DNA of 64,000 bases from the human T2T-CHM13v2.0 reference genome, Homo sapiens: NCBI RefSeq assembly GCF_009914755.1, contig NC_060933.1; one strand, 5' to 3'. Below the pieces are notes generated by a model. The model saw only the letters and a list, made by a program, of their open reading frames with translations, was not told the origin of the DNA and made no database searches. The translations under genes were made by a program, and so were the position numbers. Below, in pieces: positions 1 through 15,486 of the stretch (position 1 is its first letter; each line of letters begins with the position of its first letter).

Positions 1-58
1 CACCTGCCTCGACCTCCCAAAGTGCTGGAACTACAGGCATGAGCCACCTTGCCTGGCC
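1..58 (-). mobile_element. Alu, 5' end (cut by window edge)
   Basis: CTCCCAAAGTGCTGG...CAGGCATGAGCCACC...CCTGGCC is the reverse complement of the Alu 5' end. Confidence 0.9.
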
Positions 59-1820
59 TCAATATTGTTTTTAATAATTTCTGCTTTACTTGCAGTTAAT
101 CATATCAGGCCGTCTACCATACCCAGTTGTGTCAGCAAGAAGATCTGTACAATGATAAGTAACACATGGCTCCCAGGGCTAACATATTCCTAACACTTAT
201 ATAAACACTTTTTCAGAAATTTGACAATATTTTATAATTAAACAATATCTTATTTTACAAGAAAAGATATGGTATCACAATACTCTGAGCAAAGAGTTAA
301 TTTGCTTCTCAAATTTCCTAGATAATGAAGTAGTCCTAAAATATTTAACTCAGTATTGGTAATAGTTTCAATTTGAGGAAGTGTTCTGAATAGCCTTTTT
401 AATGCTGATGTCATAAGATTGTGTTACAAACACAGACTTTCATTTAAAGACACTTTATTTTTAATTTTGTTCTAAAAAATAAAATTATATATAAATACAC
501 ATGTATCCTAAACTATATATGTATAATATACATATATGTATATATATACACAGAGAGAGAGAGGAGAGAGAAACAGAGACAAAGAGAGCCATAAATCCTG
601 AATTTGTTGTTGTCAATGGTGTTTGATAGCATCATTTTGTAACTCAATAGGATATATCTGCACAAAGCTAAAATTAATTTATTTTTGCCATACAAGGCAA
701 GTGTATCTTGTTGACGTCTATAGAGAAAATAAATCACCCTCTAAAGAACTGTTTATAAATAAATAATTGATATCTGAAAATTCAGAAAAAGTACCACTAT
801 CATTTTACTTCCCATATTGCATTGAAATTATATGTTTATGCTTCTCTTGCTTCTACCTCTCTGTGAATTCAAGGTTAGAAAAGGAGAAATTTTTATCTTA
901 GCATTCCCAGGACCAATCACAATATCTAATACTTAGAGCGTGCAATGTTGGTTGAACTGAAATAAATCTGATATAAAAACAAATAATGCTTTAGGGAAGT
1001 GATTTTTCATTTGAGATTATTTTCTCAGAAAAATTAATATGACCAGGTTGTCATCCTATGCAAACATCAGTATGCCTTATTGATTTTTCACTAAGTTATA
1101 TAGCTTATATTATAAGACTTTTTTATGGGTGTCTCTACCTACAGATTCCAGGCACTAACAAACCTGTAGAAATTCATAAATTTAATGCATTTTATCAAGT
1201 TGATTAATATAGCATGAACATTTTTCAACTGGCTTCACAAATCATTTATTGTTAAATGTTATTCTTATACCTGTATTAGAGAGAAAAAAGCCAGAGGTAG
1301 CAAGGTGATATACAGATCAACTGGAAATCCACAAGTTTTGGTTTGGAACTCTTTGGAAAATTGAATAAAGAGTCACACCTTGCTCAAAACTGAATTAGTA
1401 AAAGCGATGCACATATCAATAAACAAACTTCTCTAATAAAAAAAGCATTAAAAATATAGTCAGCATATATTTTTCTGGAATATAAAATTGAGGAACTAGA
1501 ATAATTCAACTTGAATAAGTGTAACTAATTCATTTTCTGCAAAATATTACCCAGAGTTTGAGTATTTTTCTATTTATTCTATCGGAAAAAAATGATATAC
1601 CACTGTACTGGAAATATTCAGAAAAGTTTGTCTATTTTTTAAAATTGTACTTATTATACCTTTATAACCGTAAGATAATATATTTATTATTTGAATGAGA
1701 ATTAAATGTTTATGATTTATACAAAAATGCCTGACACAGACTACTATGCCCACAAAAGTTGAATGGTTGTTTTTAGCTTATATATACCTATACAGGTTAA
1801 TAGATATATCTTTACTTCTT

Positions 1821-2115
1821 TTTTCTTTTTTTTTGAGACGGAGTCTCACTCTGCAGCCCAGGTTGGAGTGCAGTGACATGATCTCGGCTCACTGCAAGCT
1901 CTGCCTCCCAAGTTCACGGTGTCCTCCTACCTCAGCCTCCTGAATAGCTGGGACTACAGGTGCCCGCCACCACGCCCGTCTTATTTTTTGTATTTTTAGT
2001 AGCGATAGGGTTTCACCGTGTTAGCCAGGATGGTCTCAATCTCTTGACATTGTGATCCGCCTGCCTCAGCCTCCCAAAGTGCTGGGATTATAGGCGCGAG
2101 CCACCGCACCCGGCC
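1821..2115 (-). mobile_element. Full-length Alu (AluY/Sc-like)
   Basis: Poly-T, dimeric Alu body; TSD ATATATCTTTACTTCTT at 1804-1820 and 2117-2133. Confidence 0.95.
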
Positions 2116-2379
2116 AATATATCTTTACTTCTTATAAGAAATGAGTAACTTTATTAATTCTACCAACAGATAACATTCTTCCTCTCAGAGAGTAATATGC
2201 AATCATTTCCTAACCTTATTTTATTGCGCTATATTTTAAATATAATAAACGTGTCAAAAATGTGGTTTCGTACTTTTTATAAATTGATATTTTACCTAAT
2301 TACACTAAATCTAGAAAATACTATTGTGCTTATTCAAACTTCTCTTCTCTTCTTCAGAGGCAAACCTGTATAATTTCGT

Positions 2380-2520
2380 TGGTTTGTTTGTTTGTTTTAA
2401 GACGTAGTCTTACTCTGTTACCCAGGCTAGAGTGCAGTGGTACCATGTGAGGTCACTGCAACCTCCGCCTCCCGGGTTCAAGCGATTCTCCGGCTTCAGC
2501 ATCCCAAATAACTCGGATTA
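2380..2520 (-). mobile_element. Alu right-arm fragment
   Basis: CCCAGGCTAGAGTGCAGTGG...CACTGCAACCTCCGCCTCCCGGGTTCAAGCGATTCTCC after a (TTTG)n tail. Confidence 0.9.
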
Positions 2521-2941
2521 AACCCTTATAATTTCTATCATGATTGATTAATTTTGTTCATCTTCAAATTCCAATAATTAGAATTCCTACAGGATGTGTG
2601 TGTGAGTGTGTATCTGGTTTATTTTCTTTAGCATAAATACATATTTGAGATTTAGCCAAATATTTGTGTGTATCATTTGTTTATTTTTCCTCATATTTCT
2701 GAGTTGCCTACGTATTTGTCAGAGTTTGCTTATTCATTAGTCTGTTAGTGAATATTCAGATTGCTTTCAGAATTAGCTTTTACAAATAAAGGACTTAGGT
2801 GCATTCTCAAACAGGTTTTTGTGTAAATATATGCTTTTATTTTTGTTGGATAAATTTCTAGAATTGACATTGCTGTGCTATAGGGTAGATGTATGTTGGC
2901 CTTATTGAGAGGCGAATTATTTTTCAAAGCGGTTGTTCCAC

Positions 2942-3255
2942 TTTTTTTTTTTTTTGAGACACAGTCTCGCGCTGTCGTCTGGGCTGGAGTGCACTGGCGT
3001 AATCTGGGCTCACCGCAAGCTCCACTTCTCAGGTTCACGCCATTCTCCTGCCTCAGCTTCCTGATTAGTTGGGACTACAGGCGCCCGCCACCATACCCGG
3101 CTAATTTTTTTTTTTTTTTTTTTTTTTTTGTATTTTTAGTAGAGACGGGGTTTCACCATGATAGCCAGGATAGTCTCGATCTCATGACCCCGTGATCCGC
3201 CCGCCTCGGCCCCCCAAAGTGCTGGGATTACAGGCATGAGCCACCGCGCCCAGCC
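2942..3255 (-). mobile_element. Full-length AluY-like
   Basis: TTCACGCCATTCTCCTGCCTCAGC and CCGCCCGCCTCGGCC motifs, CpG-rich; expanded central T tract. Confidence 0.95.
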
Positions 3256-4118
3256 AGTTGTTCTATTTTACACTCTCACAAGAAATAGACACGACTTCTA
3301 GTTTCCCCACATATTTGCCAATATTAGTATTATCATTTTAAATGGTAGTCTTTCCAGTTTCGATGCATTTTGGTTGCATTTCCCCTTATCTAATAACACT
3401 GAGCATCTTTTCACATTCCTATAAGCCACTTGTATCTCTTGTTTTGTGAAATACCTGTTCAAGATTCTTATAACTATTTAGTGGATCTCAGGAGTACTCT
3501 GTGCGTTTTGAACACGCAATTTTTTTCTCATACATATATGGAATAATTTATCACAGTCTATGGCTTAAAATTATATTTTCTTACATTTTGCAGCTTTATT
3601 AGGATACATTTTTAATATCTACAATTTATCAATTTTTACTCTTATGATAGTGCTTTCTCTGTTCAGAAATACTTTTCCTATTATAATAGCTCACAGATAT
3701 TGTTTAATTTTTTTCTTTTAAAAGCTTTCTGAATTTTGCTTTTTCATTTTTATGCCTACATTAAAAATATTGGACTAGTTTTGTGTATACAAAGGACTGA
3801 TGCATGTATTTTTTTAATATGAGAATGCATTTATTTCAAAAGCCTTTGTTAAAGACTTACTTTCCCCACTGAATTATCTACATGCCCTTATAAACATTTA
3901 ATTTACTGCATAGGTGGAGGTCTAATTTTGAACCCTTCTTTATCCTTATTATTTTTGTGTTATGATGCTTTGATACTGCAGCTTTCTTAGATGTCTGAAA
4001 ATTGGCTCTATTTTTTTCTCAAAATTCTAGGTCCTGTGAATTTTCCAAACAAATTTTGGCAATAGCTTGTGAATTTCTCTCAAAATGTTTGCCACAATTT
4101 ACTACAGAGTTGTAGTAA

Positions 4119-4486
<368 letters not shown>

Positions 4487-4936
4487 CTACTGCATTGATT
4501 CTAAAGATTAACTTCCAGAGAATTCACATCAATGTTGCATCTTCAAATCTAAGAACATGGTAGATCTTTACATTTATTTAAGTCTTCTGTAATGTTTCTC
4601 TACAAGAAATTTTAAAAAGTTTTAGTGTGAAAGATTTTTAAAGGTTTCACTTAAATTATTCTTAACTATTTTTATACCATTAAAATTTTACTTTTAAATG
4701 TATTCTCAATTGTTTATTTCTAGTATTTAGAAATTCCATTAATTTTCCATATTGTATTTTGTGTATTGACCTTGCATTCTACACATTCTGCACCATTATT
4801 GAATTTGATTCTTATTATTCACAGCTTTTTAAATAAATATATTAGGATTTTCTTCATATACAATATACATATATATGTTCTGTGAATAAAAATATTTTTT
4901 CTTTTCACTTTTCAATTTTTATGCTTTTCATTTCTT

Positions 4937-6232
4937 GACCCCATGCAAGTCCGAAATCCAGAGGGGCAGCCAAATCTTAAAGCTCCAAAATGATCTCCTT
5001 TGACTCCATGTCTCACATCCTGATCATGCAGATGCAAGAGGTGGGTTCCCATGGTATTGGGCAGCTCTGCCCCTGTGGCTTTGCGGGATATAGCCTGCCT
5101 TCTGGCTGCTTTTGTGGGCTGGTGTTGAGTGTCTGTGGCTTTCCCAGGCACATGGTGTTGTTGGTGGATCTAACATTCTGAGGTCTGGAGGATGGTGGCC
5201 CTCTTCCCACAGGTCCACCAGGCGGTACCCCAGTAGGGACTCTGTGTGGGGGCTCCCACCCAACATTTCCCTTCCTCACTGCCCTAGCAGAGGTTATCAA
5301 TGAGGGCCCCATCTCTGCAGCAAACTTTTGCATCGGCATCCAGGTGTTTCCATATATCTTCTGAAATCTAAGCAGATGTTCCCAAACCTCAATTCTTGAT
5401 TTCTGTGCATCCACAGGCTCAACACCACGTGGAAGCTGCCAAGGCTTGGGGCTTCCACCCTATGAAGCAACAGCTCAAGCTATACTTTGGTCCCTTTTAG
5501 TCACAGCTGGAGTGGCTGGGATGCAGGGCACCAACACCCTACACTGCACACAGCATGGGGACCCTGGGCCCAGCAAAACCGTTTTATTCTAGGCCTCTGA
5601 GACTGTGATGGGAAGGGCTGCTGTGAAGACTTCTGACATGCCCAGGAGACATTTTCACCATTGTCTTGGGGATTGACATTCAGTTCCTCGTTACTTATGC
5701 AAATTTCTGCAGCCAGCTTAAATTTCTCCTCAGAAAATGGGTTTTTCTCTTCTATCACATTGTCAGGCTGCAAATTTTCTGAACTTTTATGCTCTGCTTG
5801 CCTTATAAAATGAATGCCTTTAAAAGCACCCAAGTCACTTCTTCAATGCTTTGCTGTTTAGAAATTTCTTCTGTCAGATACCCTAATTCTTCTGTCAAGT
5901 TCTAAGTTTCACTAATCTTTAGGGCACGGGCAAAATGCTGCCAGTCTCTTTGCTAAAACATAACAAGAGTCAACTTTGCTCTAGTTTCTAACAAGTTCCT
6001 CAACTCCATCTGAGACCACATCAGCCTGGATCTCATTGTTCACATCATTATCAGCGTTTTGGTCAAAGCCATTCAAAACGTCTCTAGGAAGTTCCAAACT
6101 TTCCTGCATTTTCCTGTCTTCTGCTGAGCCCTTCAAACTGTTCCAACCCCTGCCTGTTACGCAGTTCCAAAATTGCTTCTGCATTTTCAGGTATCTTTTC
6201 AGCAGCATCCCACTCTACTGATACCAGTTTAC
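4937..6232 (-). mobile_element. THE1 (MaLR) internal region, truncated on the left
   Basis: AAAGCTCCAAAATGATCTCCTTTGACTCCATGTCTCACATCC and other THE1-int motifs; broken MaLR ORF remnants at 5013-6208 on the - strand. Confidence 0.9.
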
Positions 6233-6587
6233 TGTATTAGTCTGTTTTAATGCTGCTGATAAAGACATACCCAAGACTGGGCAATTGACAAAAGAAAAAA
6301 GGTTTAATTGGACTTACAGTTTCATGTAGCTGGGGAAGCCTCACAATCATGGTGGAAGGCAAAGAGGAGCAAGTCGTATCTTACGTGGATGGCAGCAGGC
6401 AAAGAGAGCTTGTGCAGGAAAACTCCCCCTTATAATAACCATCAGACCTCATGAGACTTACTCACTATCAGGAAAACAGCACAGGAAAAGCCTACCTCCA
6501 TGATTCAATTACCTCCCACCAGGTTCCTCCCACAACGTATGGGAATTCAAGATGAGATTTGGGTGGGGACACAGCCAAACCACATCA
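6233..6587 (-). mobile_element. THE1 LTR (THE1B/C-like)
   Basis: TGTATTAGTC...GGGGACACAGCCAAACCACATCA, 355 bp, reverse complement of the THE1 LTR. Confidence 0.92.
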
Positions 6588-7904
6588 ATGAAGCTCTCTG
6601 TTGTATATGTTAATGCTGATAATGTTTTTTTGTTTTGTTTTTGAGATAGAGAAGGAGATCTTAGAGACAAAAAAGGGGAAGCTCCATTAAAATTGGTAAA
6701 GGAAGAAACATAATATGAAAGGAGGGAAATAATGAGGTAAAAGATGCAGAGACTGCTTTCCAGACAAAGTAAGAATGAACTTCACTTTGGAATAACAAAG
6801 CAGTGCTTGCTTGGCAAGGTGAGTCTTAGAATCTGACTAACATCAACAGGGCAGAGTCTCAGGTAATTAACAAAACCAGGAAGGAACAGGGAGCAGCAAT
6901 GCTAAAACACAAGAAACCAGGTTACTTTGTCCTACTTCATAGTTGTTATTTTCCTAATCATTGGAGATAAGCTATGATTAACAGAAAAACTACCCATGTA
7001 AAATATTGTCACCCAACTTTTAAGAAAAACAAGAAAGAAGATACAAAACTTAGCAAACAGAATAAGTAATTTCAGAGAATCAGAATTAAGAAAAGAAACA
7101 AATGTAATTACAGTAAGTGTAATTCATATCTTCAGAGACATGCAAGAAGAGGTTGCATTTTAGAAAATACTGATAATAGCTCTTGGATTAAAAACTCAAC
7201 AGATGTTCTGAAGAGAACAATAGACATAGTTAAATATAGATCTAGCAAGTTTTAAGTTTAAAAGTTGAATAATTTTCTCTGAATCCAATGGCTAGGAAAA
7301 AATGAAGAAAGGTAAAGGGAGGTAAAGTGAAGATAAAGAATTGTTGACGTAAAGTTGTTTAAAATGCTAGAAAAAAAGGAAAGTAAACATAAAGATGGAA
7401 ATAATTAAAGAACTAATTTAAATATTTTTTAGAACTAGAAATACTGTAGATTTGAGATTTAAAGTTTTCATAGAAGTATGAACTTATATTAATGGAGAAA
7501 TTCTACTGACAGACATCTCTTGAAGAAGCAATGGGATACTAATGATTAGGACAGAATCATAAAGACTTCCAGAGTAGGAGGATAGAAAGGTAATTTTCAA
7601 TGGAATAAGAAGTAGATAGAAAAGAAAATTTATTCTTAAACATGTAGATGTTGTTAATAACTGGGACAAGACCATCAATGTCTGAAGAAATAAATGTTTT
7701 TACAAATAGTGTCCTATAAGTACCCAAATACGCATTTAATTTTGTGGACAAAGCAAAGACAATTGTGCATATCTCCCAATTCCCAAGCATTTAAAAATCC
7801 AAAAATAAAATAATAAAATTAACAAACAGATTTTTAGAATTATATCTGGCAGGAGTTTGGATCAGTCATAGAGTGCAATAGCATACTTGAAAATAAGGAC
7901 AATA

Positions 7905-8388
7905 TGGCCATTTTAATGATATTGATTCTTCCTATCCATGAGCATAGAATGTTTTTTCATTTGTTTCATCCTCTCTGATATCTTTGGTGTTTTTAGTTCT
8001 TACAGAGATCTTTCACCTCACTAGTTAGCTGTATTCCTAGGTATTTGATTCTTTTTGCAGCAATTGTGAATCAGATTGCATTCCTGATTTGGCTCTCCGC
8101 TTGACTCTTGTTGGTGTATGGGAATGCGAGTAATTTTTGTATGTTCTTTTTGTATCCTGAGACTCTGCCAAAGGTGTTTTTCATCTTAAGGAGCTTTCGG
8201 GCCTTAAGCTTTTGGGCCTATAAAGTTTTCTACATATAGGATCATGTAATCTACAGACAGGGATAGTTTGACATCCTTTCTTCCTATTTGGGTACCCTTT
8301 ATTTCTTTCTCTTGCCTAACTGTTTTGGCAAGGACTTCCAATACTATGTTGAACAGGAGTGGTGAGAGAGGGCATCCTTGTCTTGTGC
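7905..8388 (-). mobile_element. L1 (L1PA/PB-type) ORF2 reverse-transcriptase fragment
   Basis: ORF 8204-8392 encodes [20 protein letters not shown]...QEKEIKG, the L1 ORF2 RT motif. Confidence 0.9.
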
Positions 8389-8837
8389 ACAAAATACACT
8401 AAAATAAAATTGCTTAAAACTAGTGATAAAGAAAAATTCTCAAAGTGGCCAATGACAAAAACACAGTTTGCACAGAGGAACAAAAATGCCAGCAAACATT
8501 TTATTAGAAACAAAGAAAATTAGAAGATAATGAAGCAACATCTTTAAAGTACTGGAAGATAAACATTGTCAGCTGGGAATTGTAGACTCAGAGAAACTAT
8601 CTTTCAGGATGTAGGTGAAATAAAGATTTTTTCAGGCACTTAGAACCTGAAAGAAATCATCACCAGTAAAACAACACTATAAAAAATGTTAAAGAAAAAG
8701 TTTCAGGCAGAAGTAAAATAATATCAAAAGGAAATTTGGATCTACATAGAAGAATGAAAAGCACTGGAAATGGTATCAACATGGTTAAATATATAAGATC
8801 CTTTTATTTCTGTTTGAATTCAATTGATTGTTTAAAC

Positions 8838-9025
8838 AAGGGGTCAGCAAGCTATAGCTTCATGGGTGGACTGCCTGTTTATGTGAACAAATTTTTACTG
8901 AGACACATTCATGCTCATTTGTTTATGTATTATCAATGGGTGCTATAGAATTACAAAAGCAGAATTAAGTAGTTGTAACAGAGCCTAATGGCACACAAGC
9001 CTAAAATATTTAGCTTTTAAGGAAA
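8838..9025 (+). mobile_element. MER58A-like hAT-Charlie DNA transposon
   Basis: GGGGTCAGCAAGCT...GCCTGTTT...GCTCATTTGTTTATGTATT...AGTAGTTGTAACAGAG...AAGCCTAAAATATTTA. Confidence 0.75.
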
Positions 9026-9029
9026 GCAT

Positions 9030-9326
<297 letters not shown>

Positions 9327-9684
9327 GAGAGAGAAGAAAACAACATTATTAACCTCTAATTTAAACAAGAATAATAACAATTTATAATGAGTTTACAACA
9401 TATATAAAAATAAATTAATGACAATAACAGAACAACAGTTAGGATAAAATAATGAAAATGTTGTTACTTCATGATACTGTATGTAAAGTAGTATATTATA
9501 ATTTGAAGGTAGAATGTGATGAGTTAAACATGTATACTACAAACTCAAAAGCAACCATTAAAATTAACAATATAGAGTTTTAATTCTCAAGTAAAAAAGG
9601 AGATAAGATGAAACCATAAAATATATTTGATTCATAGAAAAGAAGGCAAACAAGAGGGAAAATAAGCAAAAAACAGATGGGATG

Positions 9685-10235
9685 GTAGGGGAAGCAAAAT
9701 TTTATTACCATCTTCTTAGTTTTTTTTTTTTCCTCTGCTAAGCCTGAGAATTAAATTGATATAAGACAGATCAACAGGAAAATGCATACAAATTTATTTA
9801 ATGCATGTATTATGTGGCATGCGAGATTCTTTAAGGAAGGAAGACTCCATGACATAATCACTTATGTTCTGAAGTAGACACAGAGTAGTAAATTGTGAAA
9901 TATGACAAGACAAAGGAGCTGGAACTAGTGTAGTTAATTGGGTGAAGAGGTGATTAACAGGATAAGGGTTGGTTTAACAAGGTCTGTTTGTACAGGTTTC
10001 CCTTGCCTCAACTTCTCATCCCGGGTGATGAGACTGTTACTTTCCTTCTTGTATAAAGAGGGCAACTTTCATGTAGAAATTTTACCTCCTACTTTTAAGA
10101 AAAAGGAAAATCAGAGTGCTTTAAAGGAAAATCAGAGTGCTTTTCTTGCATCTGCTATTTTTCAAATGTCTTTAACTCAAAAAAATCAATATGCCAAAGT
10201 GGCATGTTTGGGGGTATCTGGTTCTGAATTCCTTC
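9685..10235 (-). mobile_element. Probable ERV1-class solo LTR (family uncertain)
   Basis: ~550-bp block inside the L1M; antisense polyA signal (TTTATT) and LTR-like end AATATGCCAAAGTGGCATGTTTGGGG...CCTTCA. Confidence 0.45.
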
Positions 10236-10283
10236 AGGAAAGATAGAAAGCAAAAGCAAAATAATAGGTTTAAAACTAAAAAT

Positions 10284-10627
<344 letters not shown>

Positions 10628-12142
10628 TTACATATAAATGGTCTAAATATACCAATTTAAAAGCAGATTGGATCAATAAAACAAGATCTAAGTTATTACT
10701 GTCTAGAAGAAATTCAAGAATATCCTAATAAAAGATATCTATGTAAAAACAATAGCTGGCATCATACCTAATGAAGAAAAATCAGTTTATTTCCCCCGAT
10801 TTCAGGAACAAGATGAGTCCATTAACTCTTAGCACTTTGTTTTAACATTTCACTAGACGTTCTACCAAGTAAAATAGACAAAAAACATAAACAAAAGAAT
10901 TACAGACGGGAAAGGAAAATGTAGATTGGGTTTATTTATAGACGGCATGTCTATGTAGAAAGTCCACTGAAATCTACAAAAACACTGCTGGCTATAATAA
11001 GTGAGTTAGCAACATAAAAAAGAAAAAAAGCAACATATTAAACTAATATTTCCATATACCAGCAATGAACAATAAAAAATTAAAATAAAAGTACTATTAA
11101 TAATATCATGAAAAATGTAGAAGAATTAGGAATTAATCTATCAAATGATGTAAGAGTCTGGTACACTAAAACTCAAAACACTGCAGAAAGTTAAAGAAGA
11201 CTTAAATAAATGGAAAGATGTAATATGAATATGGGTTAGAAAATTCACATGGTAAAATGTGATTATCCCTAAATATAGATTCAATACAATCCCAATTAAA
11301 ATATTATTAGGCATTGTTTTATAGGAATTTACACACTAATTTTAAAACTTCAGTAGAAATGCAAAGAGTCTAAAATAGCCAAAATAATCCTTAAAAATAA
11401 GAATATTTTTGAAGGATTAGCACAATCTAATACCAAAGCTTATAAGGCTACAGTAATGAAAATAGTGTGATATTGGCATAAAGATAGACAGAAATGTCAT
11501 TGGAAGATAATAGAAAATTCAGAAATATATGTACAGAATTTTGGTAAATTGGTGTTCTCCAAAGATACAAAGGTAATTCAGTAAATAAAAGATAGCCCTT
11601 CAACAAATTCTGCTGGAACAATTAGATACTCATATGCAAAAAGTAGAACTTTAACACGTAACTCATGATACAAAAATTAATTTAGTACAGATCATATGCC
11701 TAAATGTAAAATGTAAAAACAAAGTGAAAAAAAAGGAAGAAAAATTATGTATAGGAGAAAATATAGAAAAGTATTTGACCTCAGGCTAGTAAATACTACT
11801 TAGACATGACACAAACACCGTTTCATCAAAGTAGAAATTGACAACTTGAGTTCATCAAAATGTAAAACATATGTTCCTCAGGAAACACTGTAAAACAAAT
11901 AGAAATATAAGACACTACTGAGAACAATATTTGCAAAATATATGTCTGGCAAAAAAGTTGTGTCCAGAAAACATAAGAACTCTCAAAACTTGATAATAAA
12001 TCTAACAACTCTAATAAAAGTAGGCAAATGACTTAAATGAATACTTCTTCTCTAAAGAACATATGTAGATAGAAAGTAAACACATGGAAAGATCCTCAAT
12101 ATCATTAGTCATTAGGGAATTAATCTGTGTCTGTCAAAAATG

Positions 12143-12458
12143 AGTTGGGTACAGTTGCTCAAGCCTGTAATCCCAGCACTTTGGAAGGTCAAGGCAGCAG
12201 GGTTTCTTGACCCCAGGAGTTAGAGAGCAGCCTGGGCAACATAGTGAGATCCTGTCTCTACAAAAAAGAAAGAGACATGGCATGGTGTCTCTATTTAGCT
12301 AGGCATGGTGGCACATGCCTGTAGTACCAGCTACTTGGAAGCTGAGGTGGGAGAATCACTTGAGCCCAGGAGGTGGAGCCTGCAGTGAACTATGGTTGTG
12401 CCAATGCACTCCAGCCTGCGTGACAGAGCAAGAACCCATCTCAAAAAAGAAAAAAAGA
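12143..12458 (+). mobile_element. AluJ-like
   Basis: Diverged Alu with CTTGAGCCCAGGAG motif. Confidence 0.85.
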
Positions 12459-12763
<305 letters not shown>

Positions 12764-14315
12764 AATGGCTAAAGTTAAAAAGGCTGGTCATGCCAAGTGT
12801 TGGCAATACTATAGAGGACAACCAACATACATGCACTGCTAATGGTAATGGAAATTAGTACAATGACTCTGGAAAAAGGCTTGTCAGTTTTTAAAATATT
12901 TTGACGTATGCACCTATCATATGACTGCCAATCAATTTGTAGGGAAATGAAAGTATATGTAAATAAAAAACTTGTACCAAAACATTCACAGCACTTTTTT
13001 ATAGGAGAGAGGGGCTAATAGTGAAGAGCATGTAACAATCAAATATTCATTAACAGATAAATGAATAAGCAAGCTTTGATATATCCATATTTTGAAATAC
13101 TACAAGCAATAAAAGAAATGAAACTTTCATCCATACTATAAAATAGATTAATCTCAATAAATATGCTAATTAATAGAAGCTAGATCAAAAGAGAACAAAC
13201 AGTATGATATCATTTATATAAAAAGAGGCATTAGAGCCTAGTAGTTAGGAGTGCAGCTTCTGGAAGCAAAATCCTTAGTATGATGTTTTGGCTCATTGAC
13301 TGCAGCATTTATTTTATGTGCGCTCTTAAGGTTTTTATAGAAACAATATGCCTCAGTTTACTCATCTATATAATGACTATATCGATAGTCATCTACTTTA
13401 TAAAATATAGTATTTTATAATGTAATACTTTATAATATATATTTGATATATATTTTAAAATGTATTTATATTTTATAAAGTATAAATAATATAAAATAAT
13501 ATCTATAGTTGTTGACTTATAAAAATAAAGATTAAATGAACAAAAATATGTGAAGCACTAGTTTACTACCTAGAAAATGGTACATTCTAAATATCTTCAT
13601 GATTGTAATAAATAAATGTATCCTTATATGTTATTTTATTAATAATAAACAAAAATTTATTTTTAGAATAATGAATATAATTATTTTTATTTTTAGAATA
13701 AATAATAATGAATAATAATATTATTATTCATACTTATACACCTTTGAAAAATCATAGGGTAAGATGATTGAAATTCTGTGTATAGCATCTCAGCAGATGA
13801 GATCTATAAGAAAGAACCATTGCACCCCCATTTACTTAAATCAGTTATAGCTTAAGTTGTTTGAAAAAAGTCATTTATTGGAATCACCACATGACATCAA
13901 TCAAGAGCAAAGTGTGTAGAATACCGTCAAGTTTCTCCAAGAATTTATTTCTGTTTTCAATTTGCAACTCACTGAAGCATTGAACATTTTATGAGCTCTA
14001 CAGCTAACAATGCCTGGGAATTTAAATATTTTCCATGGCATATGATTACTTCAAATGAAAAAAAAGAAGCAGATATGATAATGAATAATTTACCATGTAT
14101 ATATGGTACAAAGTAGAATCTTTAAAAATAAAGACACAAACAGCAACAACCACAAAAACCTCAATTGTTTCTGCTTTTGTTCTATTTTTAGTGAACTTAA
14201 AATTTTAAGAGAAACTCTTTCTCCTTGTTTTTAACACGTGTAGAGAGAGGTGTGGAATATTGTAAAGCTTTTTATCTGACTCGGCCTGAGTCTCAGTAGA
14301 TGAAGACTCATCGAG

Positions 14316-15123
14316 TTTAGTAGGCCGAATAGTTTTTTCTAAAAGATATGTGATGCGTTAATCCTTGGAATCTTTGAATATAATGACACGTTAAACAGTG
14401 AATATTACCTTATATGGCAATGCTTGTGATTAAGTTAAGGACTTTAAGGGAAGGGGCTTATTCTGAAATATACTCACGGGTCTTTAATTCAATGACAAAT
14501 GTTCTTCTTTTTTTTTTTTTTTTGAGATGGAGTCTTGTTCTTTCGCCCAGGCTGGTGGAGTGCAGTGGTGCAATCTCTGCTCACTGCAACCTCTGCCTCC
14601 CAGGTTCAAGCAACTCTCCTGCCTCAGCCTCCTGAGGAGTGGGATTACAAGCGCCTGCCATCATGCCCAGATAATTTTTATACTTTTATTAGAGGAAGGG
14701 TTTCACCATGTTAGCCAGGCTGGTCTCAAACTCCTGACCTCAAGTTATTCGCCCTCCTCGGCCTCCCAAATTGCTGGGATTACAGGCATGAGCCACTGTG
14801 CCTGGCCTGACAAATGTTCTTTTAAGAGTGAGTCAGAGGGAGACTTGACACACAGAAGAGGAGGCAATGTGACCAGGGAGCAGAGATTGGAGTGGTGCAG
14901 CCCCCAGAAGCTGGGGTAAAGGAATGCTCGCATGAGTAAAGGAATGCTGGCAGCCCCCAGAAGCTGGAAGATCCACAGAATGGATTCTCTCTAGGGACCT
15001 CAGAGCGAGTGTGGCCCCACTGTATTTAGGACTTCTAGCCTCTAGAACTGTTTTAGAATGCATTGCTGTTGTTGAAGTCATTTAGTTTGTGTCAATTTGT
15101 TGTGATAGCCTAGGGAACTAATA
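14316..15123 (+). mobile_element. MLT1 (MaLR) LTR interrupted by an Alu
   Basis: GAATATTACCTTATATGGCA, GTGATTAAGTTAAGGA, CAGAGATTGGAGTG, GGATTCTCTCTAG, TTCTAGCCTCTAGAACTG, GGAACTAATA. Confidence 0.75.
14507..14807 (-). mobile_element. Full-length AluS
   Basis: 14-bp TSD TGACAAATGTTCTT at 14493-14506 and 14808-14821. Confidence 0.95.
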
Positions 15124-15229
15124 TAATGAAGCATGGAGAGAGAGAGAGGATAAAAGGTGAAAACCATGTGCCAAAACTAAAGAGATGCTGACATTTGTGA
15201 TTAAATAGAATAATTGCACTATTTAAGAT

Positions 15230-15335
15230 TAATCACTTGAGCCTCGGAGGTGGAGGCTGTAGTGAGTCATCATGGTGCCACTGCATTCCAGCCTGCATGA
15301 CAGAGAGAGACTCTGTCTTAGGGAAGAAAAAAAAA
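15230..15335 (+). mobile_element. Alu right-arm fragment (AluJ-like)
   Basis: AATCACTTGAGCC...GGAGGCTGTAGTGAG...CCACTGCATTCCAGCCTG...GACTCTGTCT. Confidence 0.8.
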
Positions 15336-15486
15336 GATTAAGGTGGTCCAGAATGCACCCAAGCATAAAATGCAAAGATGATCTTGCCCCATGTATATTT
15401 TAGCATACTACTTAGGTACTATTTATTTTTTAATTATCTCCTTTTTACATTTTGACAATTTTACCCCAGTGGTCAAGCCTTGTATT

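Noticed and set aside
90-1440. Possible minus-strand coding exon fragments in non-repeat sequence
   Set aside because: Hand translations gave no recognisable protein; a tBLASTx search would be needed
4912-6221. ORF cluster in THE1 internal region
   Set aside because: Broken remnants of the MaLR internal ORF, not a host gene
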